From positions 62,001-126,000 of the forward strand of contig JAANOX010000258.1 of assembly GCA_020184695.1 (NCBI GenBank): a stretch of DNA of 64,000 bases, read 5' to 3'. This DNA comes from Histomonas meleagridis 2922-C6/04-290x (taxonomy: Eukaryota; Protista; Parabasalia). Below the pieces are notes generated by a model. It was given only the letters and a program-made list of their open reading frames with translations. It had not been told where the DNA came from and ran no database searches. Below are positions 1 to 11,318 of this stretch, piece by piece. Position 1 is the first letter of the stretch. The number at the start of each line of letters is the position of its first letter. The translations under genes were made by a program, and so were the position numbers.

Positions 1-1
1 A

Positions 2-3000
2 ATGGATTGTGACTTTACAAAACTTTCATTAATGATAACAACAAATCAAATTTTATTAATATCACAATTAATGCTATATATTAAAGATTGTTTACCTAAA
101 TCATCAACAAATAATAATAATAATAATAATAAATTAAGTGATTTAAGTTCATTTTCACCTGAACAATTTGTTCATGTTAAAATTCCATCATTAACATTAA
201 CATTTGGTTATGAAGACAATGATTTCTATAAAATATTTATTGATAATGAAATTGATGTTAACATTAAAAAGAAAAAAGACATTAACATTACAATGTTAAC
301 AGATGACATAAAAGCAAATGAATTTATAGTTGGCGGCGAAATATTATATGCGAAAAGAAACGAAGGGATTAAAGTGGAATGTAATATCTCAAAAGAGAAA
401 CAAAACGTTGATATATATTTAGGTAATGTTAAATTCTTAGCCAAATCTAAAGCTATAAATGTTATTTTTGTCTTTGCTAAATCATATAAGAAATTTGATG
501 TTAAATTTAAATATACAAAAGAAAGTTATTTCAACACAATTAAATATGAATCACCTAAAAAGACAAAACATTCCAAAAACATTAATGCAAATATTAATAT
601 ACATATTGATGAATCAATCGTTCATGGTATACATGAAATAGAATTTGGTAAAGCGTTAATTGATTCATTATTAATTAATGTAATATTTAAAGGCGATAAT
701 TTCACAGCTGATTTAACAATTAATAATCCAATTTTCACAACAGAATTAATGGGAAATTGGAAACAAATTGTCACAAGTCCTATTAAACCATTAAGAATTA
801 TTGCGTCACCAATATCAGCTAAAGTTAATATCGAAGATGCTGAAGTAGTACTTTATCCACAATTTTTATTATATCAAATTTTACCATTTGTCAAAACTAT
901 TAAAAGTACACATTCACATATCCCTGGTAATCCAGATACAATGCCACATTTTAATTATGATATTGAAGTCAAAAACGTAAAAGCGAAAGTTCTTTATCTA
1001 TTAGAAACTACTGATTATATTAATTTAAATGTCGGATTAGTTAAGTTTTATACAATACAAATACCAATGATACATAAAATAGAAATAAATGATATCAAAT
1101 TAATACATAATAATAATATGATATTAGATTTCCCTAAAATTGATATCGATTTATTATTCGGATTTTATCTTAAAAAAGAAAATGATATAACATTTAATAA
1201 AGATAATATCGAACAAATGAAAATAGATACAAATGAATTTATCGAAAATGAAACTTCAATTGATATTTTAGGTCATATAAATTATTGGTTTTATTCGATT
1301 GATTTAAATATTCAAACAGATTCATTTAAGTTTAATTATACTCATCAACTTGCGACACAAATTGTATCAATTATTAATACATTATTTATAAATAATAAAC
1401 AAAATCCATTCGATGAAAATGATGAAGAAAAAGATAAACCATTAAAAATCGGGTTAAATTTAGATGTTAAAAATCCATTTATCCTTATTAAAGATAAAGA
1501 TCCATTTTTAACATTAAACTTAACTGATTTTAATTTAAATATTATTGATGAGAAAGTAAATTTCGTTCTAAAGAAAATCGAAGTATTAAATGGTCGAAAT
1601 ATTGTATTACAATCAGAAACTGATAAATTCTTTGAAGGAAATTTAATTGATGACAAATTAAATTTATTATTGGATAAACTTACATTTACATTTTTGCCTT
1701 CATTAATACCAACAGTATTAGCGACAGTATCATATTTACCATTTCTACAATTAAATATTCCGGCGCGTTCTTCACCGAACAATGAAAATAAGAAAATTGA
1801 TATTAAATTTAAAGCTTTAGATATTAATGTAATAATACCATTTATCCAAACTAATTCTTTAATTAATATTCAAACATCATTAAAACTTAAACAAATTGAT
1901 AATAATTTATCATTTAAAGTCCCATCGATTTTAGCATTAATTAAACGAAGTGAAGATGATATTTCACCAATATTAAATCCAGTAACAATTACTTTTAATA
2001 ATAAAATTATTGAAGCTACAAATATTAATATAATGCTATCAATTTTCGATTTATATTTATTCGAAATATTATTAAATCAATATAAAAATCAAATTATCCC
2101 AAAGTCATTTAATAAAAAAGAAAATAATTTCGTTTCACCAGAACAATTCCGAATTAAATTCCCTAAAATTAATGTAACTTTAACACAACCGAAGTTACCT
2201 TTCATCCAATTAAATGTTCCACCATTTGATTTTGTACAAACATTTGAAAACGGTGTACAAAAGCGAACGTTAAATTTTGTTCTTTCGATCCAATATAAGA
2301 ATTATTTAGCGAATTCATGGGATTATATCTTAGAGCCATTAACTTTTAACTTTAACTCCGAAATCACAAGTCAATATGAATCATTTAACTTTAATATTAA
2401 GTTAATTCATCTGAATGTAAGTTATTCTTTCTTAAATGATATATTAATGTTATCGAAAGAAGTTCAATCACATAAAAATGATCAAAATTCTTTAATAACA
2501 TCTGCAAAAGGTAATTTGTTCGTACATAATTTACTCGGTTCACATTGTTATTTAACTGATGGTGAAAATAATTATGAGATTCCTGTCGATGGGAAAATTG
2601 AAATAATTGAAACAGACGCTCAAATTGAAGTAATTTCTGGTAAATTTCATGATTCGTTCTTGATTAAGGATTTGATTTTTCCAATTTGCTTTAAACAGTT
2701 TTGTGTGATTTACATGACATCATATTGCGGTTTACGTACAATTTGCATATCGTCGCCGTTCTTCATTGAAAACAAAACGGCTTTTTCAATCGATTGCTCG
2801 ATCGATGGGGAGCCGATAGGAACGATAGACCCGCAATGTAGAATTCCAATTCAACAACCGTTTTCGCCTTATGGTATTATTAGAGTATCTGAGAAAGGTA
2901 TTGGTGCAGGAACTCATTCATTTACTATCCAAAAATGGGATCCTTATCCACAAAAAATTATGTTACCAACTAAAGATGCAGATTTAAAAGTTCGTGTTGT

Positions 3001-5797
3001 TACGAAAATCGAGAACAATTTCATTGGAGTTATTTCATTAATCCCATCATTAGTATTTATTAATGAGTTACCGATGGAAATTACCATTAAATTAGCACGA
3101 GTTAAAACTATTAAAATTGATTCAGGCAAAGAAATATCAACATCGATACCCATCGATAAGTTAATAGAACCACTTAAACTCCCAATTGCTATCAAAATGA
3201 ACAATTTCATCGAAAGTAAAACCAAAACCGTCGAATATAAACATCCGAAATCGAGTAAACCTCAGAAACTCACATTAGTTTCAATTGACTCCAAAGTTCG
3301 ATATCGCGTTGCAGTCAGTTCCGAATATTTGGAAGAATCCAAACAAACTCGTATATATGTATATGCGCCATATATAATGTTTAATTGTACTAATTTTGAC
3401 CTTATGATTCAAGACAAATGGAAGAAGAGTCAAATTTGTGAGTTCCAAAACATTAATGGCTTTAAGACATATTTATTTGGCTCAAAGAAATTCTTATTCC
3501 AAAGTAAACTTAAAGCGAATTTGTTTATTCATGATGAAACGATTCCTTTAAGTAATTCCTTTAATGGATTAACAGTTGGCTCTAAGCAACAATTATTTTT
3601 ACCGCATATTTATATGCCGAATATTTATATTCCATTACAATATAAAGTAACGAAATCACGATTTCCATTTCAACATTCATACATCATAACCATTTTCCCT
3701 GTTTTATATATACATAATAACTTAAACATTGATATTATACTTAAAACAGATTCAAATTATGAAACGAGAATTCAAAAGAATGAAAACAAAGAAATTAAAT
3801 ATACGAATCCAAACTTAACTTTTAAGTTAATCATCGAAGGTTATGAACCATTTAATAATATATCATTTTTAACTCCGAATAATATTGTCATTCGATTAAT
3901 GAATGAGAAGAAAGATTTGTTTATAGGCATTAACATCATTAAGAAAAATGATATAATTAATGTATATTTCATTAACCCAACATTACCTTCAAAGATAATA
4001 ATATCAAATATGATATCGTTGCCTATAAATGTAACACAAAACATTAAAAAACGTCCGTACAAAATATTACCTTATTCAACTTCATTGTTTGCTCATGATG
4101 ATGATAATAATTTACTGAAAGATGATATTTCAATAACATTAAACATCGATAAAGAAAATTATACATTTAAATTCGAAAGTGATACACAACAAAAAGTTCT
4201 TGGGAAAGGTCCGTATTATATCCAAATACAAACGATTACGAATTGTGGGTATCAGATGATAACAGTAAGTGAGATGAAAAATTCAATTGATTTCTATCGT
4301 CAGATATATACAAAATTCGAAATTGAAAACATTTCAATTTCTTTAATAGATAAACAAATTAAAGAACAAGTACATATGTTAATTAAGAATATAATGTTAA
4401 AAATTAGTCCCTTTGAAATGAAAAATTGCGTTTCATTTACAATCGAATCATTTCAAATTGACGATTTATGTTCAAATACGAAAATGCCAGTAGTTTTATA
4501 TGCTGACCCATTAAATGATAAGACATTCTTAGACGTCGAAATCGAAAGTAGTTTTAATGCGCCGCCTTTAACTTCGTTCCAATCTTTAAATGTTTATTTG
4601 CAGCCAATTTATGTGAATGCTGACCTTTCTTTCGTTTCTGATATATTTTCCATATTTTCTTCGTTATATAGTACGACTAAGGCTCCTTCAGAATTAATGC
4701 CTTCCATTTGTCCAATAGAAAATGAAAGCGATGATGACTTTTCTCAATTAATTTCTTTCTTTTCATTCACAAAGTTAATGGTGCACCCCGTTTCTATCGT
4801 TGTCACTTTTAGAGCGGTTACCGGGAGGCCGTTTATGGAGGTTCCAAATCAAGATCTTCCTTTAGGATATTTAAAGTATATCCCAAGTATTTCAGGAGCA
4901 CCTATTAAATTGGATGGTACTACACTTAATAATATTAGAGTTCCTATTACATTTCTTCAAAATAGATTTATCGAAATTTATAAAGATCAGGCATTAAGAC
5001 AACTTTGGCATCTTGCAGCTCACGCTGACTTGTTCCTTAATGCTAGTGGTATAGCAATGAGTGTGGGATCAGGTGTTAAGTCAATAATTCATCGATCTGA
5101 AGATGAAGAACGACATTTACGTCGTGACATAGGGAACGCTTTAACTAACGCAGGAGGGCAAATTGTTAAAGGTGGTGAAAGTTTGGTTCGAACAATATCT
5201 ACAATAGTGAATTTGCCATCTTTCAATTCACAACTTAAAAAGACACCAGCTCCCGAAGAAACAGCCCCACCTAACAACAAAGGTATCAAGGGCAAGATCA
5301 AAGGAGTTTTTGGGAAAATCAAAAAACCAGTTGTAAATCTGATTGAAAGTGCAGCCGATTCACTTGAACAAACGCGCAAAGATATACTTGGAGAGAAGTC
5401 CATTACTGTTTCACGTCATGCAAAATTCTTTCATATGGGACGAGTATTGCCATTTTGTGAATTTGAATCGCAAGCTCAATATTTATTCCAAACATATAAT
5501 CGCGAAATTCCTCTTTGGAATGAACATTTGCTTTTACTCATAGGCCCTAATTTAAGTCCCGTTGGCATTTTTGATCATTTCATTGTAATGTATACTCCAA
5601 ATGCTGAAGGGATTAAAACATATTTTAAGATATCAGAAATTGAGCAAATAACATTTAGATGCGGATATGCAGAAATTCGAATTATATCAAATGGTGAAAA
5701 AAGTTATTGGAAGGTGGAGTGCTCGGAAGACGAAGCAAGAGCATTGCAACTGATTTTCCAATCAAGGAAAAACTCGGCGGGTATATTCAAATGGTAA
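2..5797 (+). CDS. VPS13: VPS13-family lipid transfer protein, C-terminal part (probably 5'-truncated by the window edge)
   Basis: 1931-aa ORF. The long beta-rich region is followed by SHR-BD/VAB-like repeats and a VPS13_C-like segment (SFQIDDL...PVVLY, LQPIYVNADLSFVSDI, YKDQALRQLWHLAAHADLF) and a PH-like tail. Confidence 0.8.
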   Translation: MDCDFTKLSLMITTNQILLISQLMLYIKDCLPKSSTNNNNNNNKLSDLSSFSPEQFVHVKIPSLTLTFGYEDNDFYKIFIDNEIDVNIKKKKDINITMLTDDIKANEFIVGGEILYAKRNEGIKVECNISKEKQNVDIYLGNVKFLAKSKAINVIFVFAKSYKKFDVKFKYTKESYFNTIKYESPKKTKHSKNINANINIHIDESIVHGIHEIEFGKALIDSLLINVIFKGDNFTADLTINNPIFTTELMGNWKQIVTSPIKPLRIIASPISAKVNIEDAEVVLYPQFLLYQILPFVKTIKSTHSHIPGNPDTMPHFNYDIEVKNVKAKVLYLLETTDYINLNVGLVKFYTIQIPMIHKIEINDIKLIHNNNMILDFPKIDIDLLFGFYLKKENDITFNKDNIEQMKIDTNEFIENETSIDILGHINYWFYSIDLNIQTDSFKFNYTHQLATQIVSIINTLFINNKQNPFDENDEEKDKPLKIGLNLDVKNPFILIKDKDPFLTLNLTDFNLNIIDEKVNFVLKKIEVLNGRNIVLQSETDKFFEGNLIDDKLNLLLDKLTFTFLPSLIPTVLATVSYLPFLQLNIPARSSPNNENKKIDIKFKALDINVIIPFIQTNSLINIQTSLKLKQIDNNLSFKVPSILALIKRSEDDISPILNPVTITFNNKIIEATNINIMLSIFDLYLFEILLNQYKNQIIPKSFNKKENNFVSPEQFRIKFPKINVTLTQPKLPFIQLNVPPFDFVQTFENGVQKRTLNFVLSIQYKNYLANSWDYILEPLTFNFNSEITSQYESFNFNIKLIHLNVSYSFLNDILMLSKEVQSHKNDQNSLITSAKGNLFVHNLLGSHCYLTDGENNYEIPVDGKIEIIETDAQIEVISGKFHDSFLIKDLIFPICFKQFCVIYMTSYCGLRTICISSPFFIENKTAFSIDCSIDGEPIGTIDPQCRIPIQQPFSPYGIIRVSEKGIGAGTHSFTIQKWDPYPQKIMLPTKDADLKVRVVTKIENNFIGVISLIPSLVFINELPMEITIKLARVKTIKIDSGKEISTSIPIDKLIEPLKLPIAIKMNNFIESKTKTVEYKHPKSSKPQKLTLVSIDSKVRYRVAVSSEYLEESKQTRIYVYAPYIMFNCTNFDLMIQDKWKKSQICEFQNINGFKTYLFGSKKFLFQSKLKANLFIHDETIPLSNSFNGLTVGSKQQLFLPHIYMPNIYIPLQYKVTKSRFPFQHSYIITIFPVLYIHNNLNIDIILKTDSNYETRIQKNENKEIKYTNPNLTFKLIIEGYEPFNNISFLTPNNIVIRLMNEKKDLFIGINIIKKNDIINVYFINPTLPSKIIISNMISLPINVTQNIKKRPYKILPYSTSLFAHDDDNNLLKDDISITLNIDKENYTFKFESDTQQKVLGKGPYYIQIQTITNCGYQMITVSEMKNSIDFYRQIYTKFEIENISISLIDKQIKEQVHMLIKNIMLKISPFEMKNCVSFTIESFQIDDLCSNTKMPVVLYADPLNDKTFLDVEIESSFNAPPLTSFQSLNVYLQPIYVNADLSFVSDIFSIFSSLYSTTKAPSELMPSICPIENESDDDFSQLISFFSFTKLMVHPVSIVVTFRAVTGRPFMEVPNQDLPLGYLKYIPSISGAPIKLDGTTLNNIRVPITFLQNRFIEIYKDQALRQLWHLAAHADLFLNASGIAMSVGSGVKSIIHRSEDEERHLRRDIGNALTNAGGQIVKGGESLVRTISTIVNLPSFNSQLKKTPAPEETAPPNNKGIKGKIKGVFGKIKKPVVNLIESAADSLEQTRKDILGEKSITVSRHAKFFHMGRVLPFCEFESQAQYLFQTYNREIPLWNEHLLLLIGPNLSPVGIFDHFIVMYTPNAEGIKTYFKISEIEQITFRCGYAEIRIISNGEKSYWKVECSEDEARALQLIFQSRKNSAGIFKW

Positions 5798-5911
5798 TTT
5801 GAATAAAAATTTCATGAAAGTAATCAATTAGTTTTTCAGCTGAAGATTTTGTTTAATTGGTCATGAAAGCAATTTCCTTAATTCTTTCTCTAATTTCTCA
5901 AGTTTTAATTC

Positions 5912-6380
5912 TTATGGTTGAACAGAGGGGTAGAACTGGGAACATAATAGTTGTGCTACATATAGTGTATTATTTATTAAATTGGTGGCTATGCTGAATA
6001 TTACCGGAAAAAATACGTTATTTACGATAGAGCACGATAGACATTTTAAGGTAAAAATGATCGTTCGAAAAAATTTCAAAGAAATGATTTTTGGCATGTA
6101 AAATTTTGTATTAGATTTGATGGCAATCACCCTTTATAATCTTAATTAAGATAAAAACTAGTGGTATTGCCGACACTACAGACATAACTAATAAGCCAAT
6201 TCCAAGACCTAAAGAAACTTTGGCTGCAGAAGAACAATCTGGAATTAATGTTTTGTCACATTTAGGGTTGACTGAAAAGCCTATTAACGTAAGAGCAATA
6301 CATATTTCTGAAATTCTTACAACGCAAATAAGAATCATAAAAATCAAAAAAATTATATATTCATCAACCTTAATTCCCAA
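5912..6380 (-). CDS. Small multi-pass membrane protein split by a single-base frameshift near 6131
   Basis: ORFs 6111-6380 and 5912-6130 overlap and are both hydrophobic. Removing one G from AAAGGGTG joins them as ...LIKIIK-VIAIKSNTKF... Confidence 0.4.
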
Positions 6381-6534
6381 ATAAGAATCTAAATTCGCAA
6401 GTAATGAGCTTCCCTTTTTAGATTTGATTTCTTTTATTTTTGCACCATCTGATCAAATCCCGATGACCTAACTATATTCCAAGTTGGAGTATTAAGATAT
6501 TTATCAAAATTAATTTTAACTGATATAAAATCGT

Positions 6535-7455
6535 TTACTGAACGAGTTCTGAATATGCTGTTTCTATGCTCTTTGACAGCAAGAACAAATGTCTCTCGAA
6601 CAAAGCAATTTGTTGTTCACTAAAATAGTTTTGTGCTTTTGCATCGTTTATGAGCGCATCGATAACTGCTATTTGATTACTTTTTGATGCGTCGCAAAGT
6701 GATTTGAATAATGCCGCAACGTTTTCGTCGAGGTTTGAGGCTGAGTATTCGATGCATTCTGCGTGCTTAAATGCGCTTAAGAGTAATTGTGCCCTGAAAA
6801 TATGAAGGTCAGTAAATTGACGATTCATTAATGGTGAAGATGTTATTTGGTCTTTGATGTTTTGTGACATCTTGGTAAGTACCTTGTCAACAACAGATAG
6901 ACCTAGGTCAAGGCGATCAGCACGACTGTAACAGTCAATGCAATTAAATGTGGAATCAAATAAAAGTGGTGGAGAAAGCGTTTGCTCAAGACAAAGAGTA
7001 ACAGCTTCTTCATAAGTATTGCCAGCATAATGGAAAAGATCAAATTGTGCTTCGGTCTTTCCAAGTTCAAGAAGAAGAACAACAGCAAGATTTGGCTTGC
7101 CATCGGATTTAAGAACGTCAGCTGCAACCCTATAGCAATGAAGTCCATCAGCAAGTGGGTCAGACCATGTATCGCGAAGGTTACGTGAGATTTCATAATT
7201 GAATGTCGCAGATTTGACAAAAAGACGTGCTGCTTTGACAGCAGTGCGAACAGTCTTTTGCTTGTCTTCAACCTTTTGGTAGCATTGCATTTCACCAAAC
7301 CTAGCTAAAGCAACAAGGCCACATTCAAAAGGATTTTCTTCATCTTGTGTAGCTGCAAGGTCTGCGAACTGTTGAGCTGTTTCGTAAAGGTTCTTTTTGG
7401 TGCGGAATATTTTTGACATGTTTGAAGAGATCTCATCGAATTTCTTGTAGAACAT
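6535..7455 (-). CDS. HAP40 / factor VIII intron-22 protein (F8A)-like alpha-helical TPR/SNAP-type protein
   Basis: FDEISSNMSKIFRTKKNLYETAQQFADL, AARLFV and WSDPLADGLHCYRVAADVLKSDGKPNLAVVLLLELG align by eye, in order, with my recollection of HAP40 motifs (KLKKRFLRKPNVAEAGEQF, AARLFL, GEPL...GQP...LELA). Confidence 0.65.
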   Translation of the reverse strand: MFYKKFDEISSNMSKIFRTKKNLYETAQQFADLAATQDEENPFECGLVALARFGEMQCYQKVEDKQKTVRTAVKAARLFVKSATFNYEISRNLRDTWSDPLADGLHCYRVAADVLKSDGKPNLAVVLLLELGKTEAQFDLFHYAGNTYEEAVTLCLEQTLSPPLLFDSTFNCIDCYSRADRLDLGLSVVDKVLTKMSQNIKDQITSSPLMNRQFTDLHIFRAQLLLSAFKHAECIEYSASNLDENVAALFKSLCDASKSNQIAVIDALINDAKAQNYFSEQQIALFERHLFLLSKSIETAYSELVQ

Positions 7456-7892
7456 TTTTTATGTGTCACTTTTGTGATGACAAAACCGATTTCAACTGTT
7501 GACATAAACAACAGAATTAACATTAAACGTTTCCTTTCGATAAACAATAAAATCATTTTGTGAAAAGACTTATCTAAAATCACATAAGTATCTGGATAAT
7601 CAAATAAATGAATATCCTCGATCAAAAATCATATTTTTTATTTGAAATTTTTTCGATTTTATCGAAATGTAAATTGTAAATATAAAGTTTTCGAAATTAA
7701 ATTCACAAAATAAGGTGTTTTTTCTTAAAATCAGATATTATTTTTGGTATTTATAAAATTTCCAAATTATGAATTTAATATTAAGTCAATTTAGAATATG
7801 TGAAGTATTTACACTCACTTTGTTTGATATCGATAACGTACAATAACATTTACACAAATAAATTATTGAAAATTGAATGCTTTAAAACAGTT

Positions 7893-7898
7893 TCACAT
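7893..7898 (+). promoter_or_regulatory. Inr-like core promoter motif (TCACAT)
   Basis: Matches the trichomonad TCA(+1)YT/A initiator and lies 8 nt upstream of the ATG at 7906. Confidence 0.45.
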
Positions 7899-7905
7899 TC
7901 TCGAG

Positions 7906-8625
7906 ATGGAACAAGAAGCAAACCTCGATTTTTTTAATAAACTTTTCACAGTTGTGACAGGCACAACAACAGATGAAAACAAGGAATTGGCGCACTCATT
8001 CTTTGAAATATTGAATCAATTTTTTACATCTTCAATCACCCCAGAAGAGGCAAATTCTCGTCTCGAAGAACTAACAAAAACACAAGAGCCACTTAAAAAG
8101 ATTTATGAAATGATTAAAGCACAAACAAATGAAGGAGCATCAGATTCAACTGCAAGTTCACACAAAAAAGGGCAAAAAGCTATGTTTCCTGGCTTCAGGA
8201 AAAAATCTAAAGCCTGGGCTCCAGAAGAAGATGAACGCTTAATTACTGGAATTCAACTTCATGGATACGACAATTGGTCAATGGTGGCTAATTATGTTGG
8301 TGGTGGAAGAACAAGAGCACAGTGCAGCCAAAGGTGGCACCGCGTTCTTGATCCAAAAATTGATAAAAGTAATTGGTCAAAAGAAGAAGAGGAAAAACTC
8401 ATTGAAACAGTTAAAACTTTTGGTAACAAATCTTGGACAAGGGTTTCATCAGAAATGGGAAATAGAAGTGATGTTCAATGTAGATTTCGATACAGATTTT
8501 TACAGAAAAAGGCCATCGAAAATCACACTGACCTTATTCCAATATCAGCACCAATGGCAGTAACACAAGCACAAAATACTGTACAGACAGATACTGATCC
8601 TATTCTTCAGGAAAACCAACAATAA
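7906..8625 (+). CDS. R2R3 Myb-domain transcription factor
   Basis: Two Myb repeats: WAPEEDERL...W..VA...RTRAQCSQRW and WSKEEEEKL...W...NRSDVQCRFRY. The ATG at 7906 is preferred over the TTG start in the ORF track. Confidence 0.9.
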   Translation: MEQEANLDFFNKLFTVVTGTTTDENKELAHSFFEILNQFFTSSITPEEANSRLEELTKTQEPLKKIYEMIKAQTNEGASDSTASSHKKGQKAMFPGFRKKSKAWAPEEDERLITGIQLHGYDNWSMVANYVGGGRTRAQCSQRWHRVLDPKIDKSNWSKEEEEKLIETVKTFGNKSWTRVSSEMGNRSDVQCRFRYRFLQKKAIENHTDLIPISAPMAVTQAQNTVQTDTDPILQENQQ

Positions 8626-9144
8626 CGTTAACATTGAAAAGAAAATTTTTTTGCTGAGGAAATAAAAATTGAACAATTCGAGCTCATTGTTTTTTGTCCC
8701 GAATTCAAAGATTGATATTGGATTAAATCAATTTCATCATAAAATTATTAATATCTTAAGATCAAGTTCGTAATGAATAACATAGCCTTTAGGAATAATT
8801 TTTTTAAGGAAGGCGTTATTCGAAGATGTATTTAGCGCGTGGGTTGGTTTGCTTTGTCCGCTGTCTGTGATCACAGTAAAGTCCGAAATTATGAACTTTT
8901 TCAATAACAAATTGAATGATGAAAAAAATCACTTTCAATTTCATTTGATCGTTCTGAGGCGAAGATGTGATTGTAACCGTTCATTGACGTTTAGTAATTT
9001 TCGAAAACAGTTTGCAAACTTGCCCTTCACTCTTATGCACTGGTATGTCCCAATATGCAAAAAATAGGGTATACAAAAATTCTACTTACATGGGAAAAAA
9101 AGAATGTAGAAACAAAACCTTTTTATGGTAAACGGTTTACCATA

Positions 9145-9610
9145 ATGCCAAGCGAAACTAGTTTTTATTGATTCTGGCCGTGCTGGCAAGTCATCATTGG
9201 ATTTCAAAAAGAGTACAATCCAAAAATGTTCATATATAAGTAAACTTTCATCTCAAACAGCACACGGCGTTTTAACATTTGGGACACAGACGGTCAAGAA
9301 CGCTTTGGCGATCTTTGTGAATGTTATTACCTTGAAGTAAATTGTGCCATCGCTGTTTCATCACCAACATAATACAGTAATGTTCCAAAATGGAGTTGTG
9401 ATATTGTTTGTGTACGTACAATAATGAATATTCTTATTATTCTTGTTGGCAACAAAGTTGATGATCGATGATTCAAATTAAGCTCAAAATAAAAGTGTAT
9501 ATTTCCATAAGAAGAATAAAAATATAAATATTTCTAAATCTCAGCTAAGAGTGGCTATCACTTTAAACTTCCATCCCTTTTTTTGACCCGCTCATTTGTG
9601 GGCCATATCT
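9145..9610 (+). pseudogene. RAN: Ran GTPase pseudogene
   Basis: Fragments across frames read KLVFIDSGRAGKSS, FNIWDTDGQERFGDLCECYY, YSNVPKWSCDIVCV, IILVGNKVDDR and ISAKSGYHFKLP. They are colinear with Ran and carry stops, deletions and frameshifts. Not in the ORF track. Confidence 0.8.
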
Positions 9611-9938
9611 TCAAAAAATTAAGCTGGGTTTTTGGCTTTACTTTTCCGACTTAAAATATTACCGACCTTCCTTCTTGTGTTGTTGGATAGTCATTTTAAT
9701 AAAACATAAAAAAAATAATAATGTGATCACAAATTAATTTGCTCAATTCAAACTATTGATTCCAATTGAACTATTTCAGAAAATTCTATCAATAAACTAT
9801 TCATTTTTCACAGAAACCGTTTCGGTCGGAATATCACGTTATTGATGTAAGAAATTTTTGCAAAAAGTGGTAATCAAACAATACTTTTCTGGCCAAAGCC
9901 GATAAAAACGATAGCTTTCAAAAGTTTACTGGCCTCCA

Positions 9939-10535
9939 ATGGATGAATGCAAGATTTCTAAAACATGTAAAGTAATTTTACTCGGAGATTCAAATGTAGG
10001 GAAAACCACCCTAATTCATAGCTTTGTTAATGAAGAATTCAGAGCCGACTTTAAAAATACTTTGGGTACCGATATTTCAACAAAAAATATTATCATAGGA
10101 AACCAAGCTGTTAACGTAATAATATGGGATACAGCAGGGTCAGAAAGATTTCACTCAGTTAGTTCTCAATTTTTACGCGGTACTGAAATATGTATTTTTG
10201 TGGTAGACTTAACATCAAAAGAATCATTGGAAAATTTAAGCTTTTGGAGAAACATATTTCTAGAAAATGTGGACGTACCAGATCCAGAACATTTCCCATT
10301 TTTCATATTTGCAAATAAAGCTGATTTAACAAATAAAATCGCCATCAAGAAAGAAAACTTGGATTTGTGTGAACGTCAGTTTCAGTGTCCATATTTAGAA
10401 GTTAGTGCCAAGACCTTTTTAAATGTTGAAAAAGGTTTCAAAATGGCTGTTGAAAAGTTTCTGAAATGCTCAAGAGTGGCACCTATACCAAGGCTGGAAC
10501 AACAACAACAATCTGAAAAGGGGTGTTGTTCATAA
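9939..10535 (+). CDS. Rab7-like small GTPase
   Basis: GDSNVGKT, DTAGSERF, NKAD and SAK motifs, a Rab7-type WRNIFLENVDVPDPEHFPF segment, and a C-terminal CCS. Confidence 0.85.
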   Translation: MDECKISKTCKVILLGDSNVGKTTLIHSFVNEEFRADFKNTLGTDISTKNIIIGNQAVNVIIWDTAGSERFHSVSSQFLRGTEICIFVVDLTSKESLENLSFWRNIFLENVDVPDPEHFPFFIFANKADLTNKIAIKKENLDLCERQFQCPYLEVSAKTFLNVEKGFKMAVEKFLKCSRVAPIPRLEQQQQSEKGCCS

Positions 10536-11318
10536 GAAAGTATATTTTCTATAATTGTATCCCTAAAAGCGGAAATCAATACCATGTTTGCTTTAATTAT
10601 TCAAAATTTAACATATGTTCTTACATAAGATGAAAAACATTTAATTCTTTCTTCTAATGTGAAAACAATTTATTTAAAAAGTTTATATCTGAAAGTGACA
10701 TCGTCACTTTTAACCACAAAATAAAAGATAATTGTTTCAAAGCGCCCACAATTTTTGTTCGTTTCGTTTTGAAAAAAGAGACGTTATTTAAGAAAAAGCT
10801 CAGATTTTTCATTGCTTTACTCATAAAATTTTTCATAAAAGGGAATATGCTTACTTGCTCAGCAAGAAGTTTTCTTTCGAAAAGAAATAATTGTTTTTGG
10901 AGAAAATATTGAGGTATGTCTATAGGTCAATTAAAAAATTCAATAACAAGACTACAAGTCAATGTTTAATCACGTTGACACATGTCAAACACATTCGAGG
11001 GTGGTGGCAAATTTTTTAGATGAGTCCAACGGTTTTTTCGGTTTTCCTTTCATTAGAAATCATTTTTGTTTTGTTTTGGTTTCTTTATCAATTTTTCTTG
11101 TTAAAAAATACTAATATTTGCATTTCTCTGATCTTTTTTTACCAAATATCTATTAGTATTAAATATATATATTTAAGATATGTATATAATCACTTTGTTT
11201 TATATTATGTTTAAGAGATAAGCTAGTAGAAGATAGACATACACATTTGACATATATATAAACTAGTCAAAATTTTACTTTATTATTAACCGTCGTCATT
11301 GGCTGGTCATTGTTCAAA

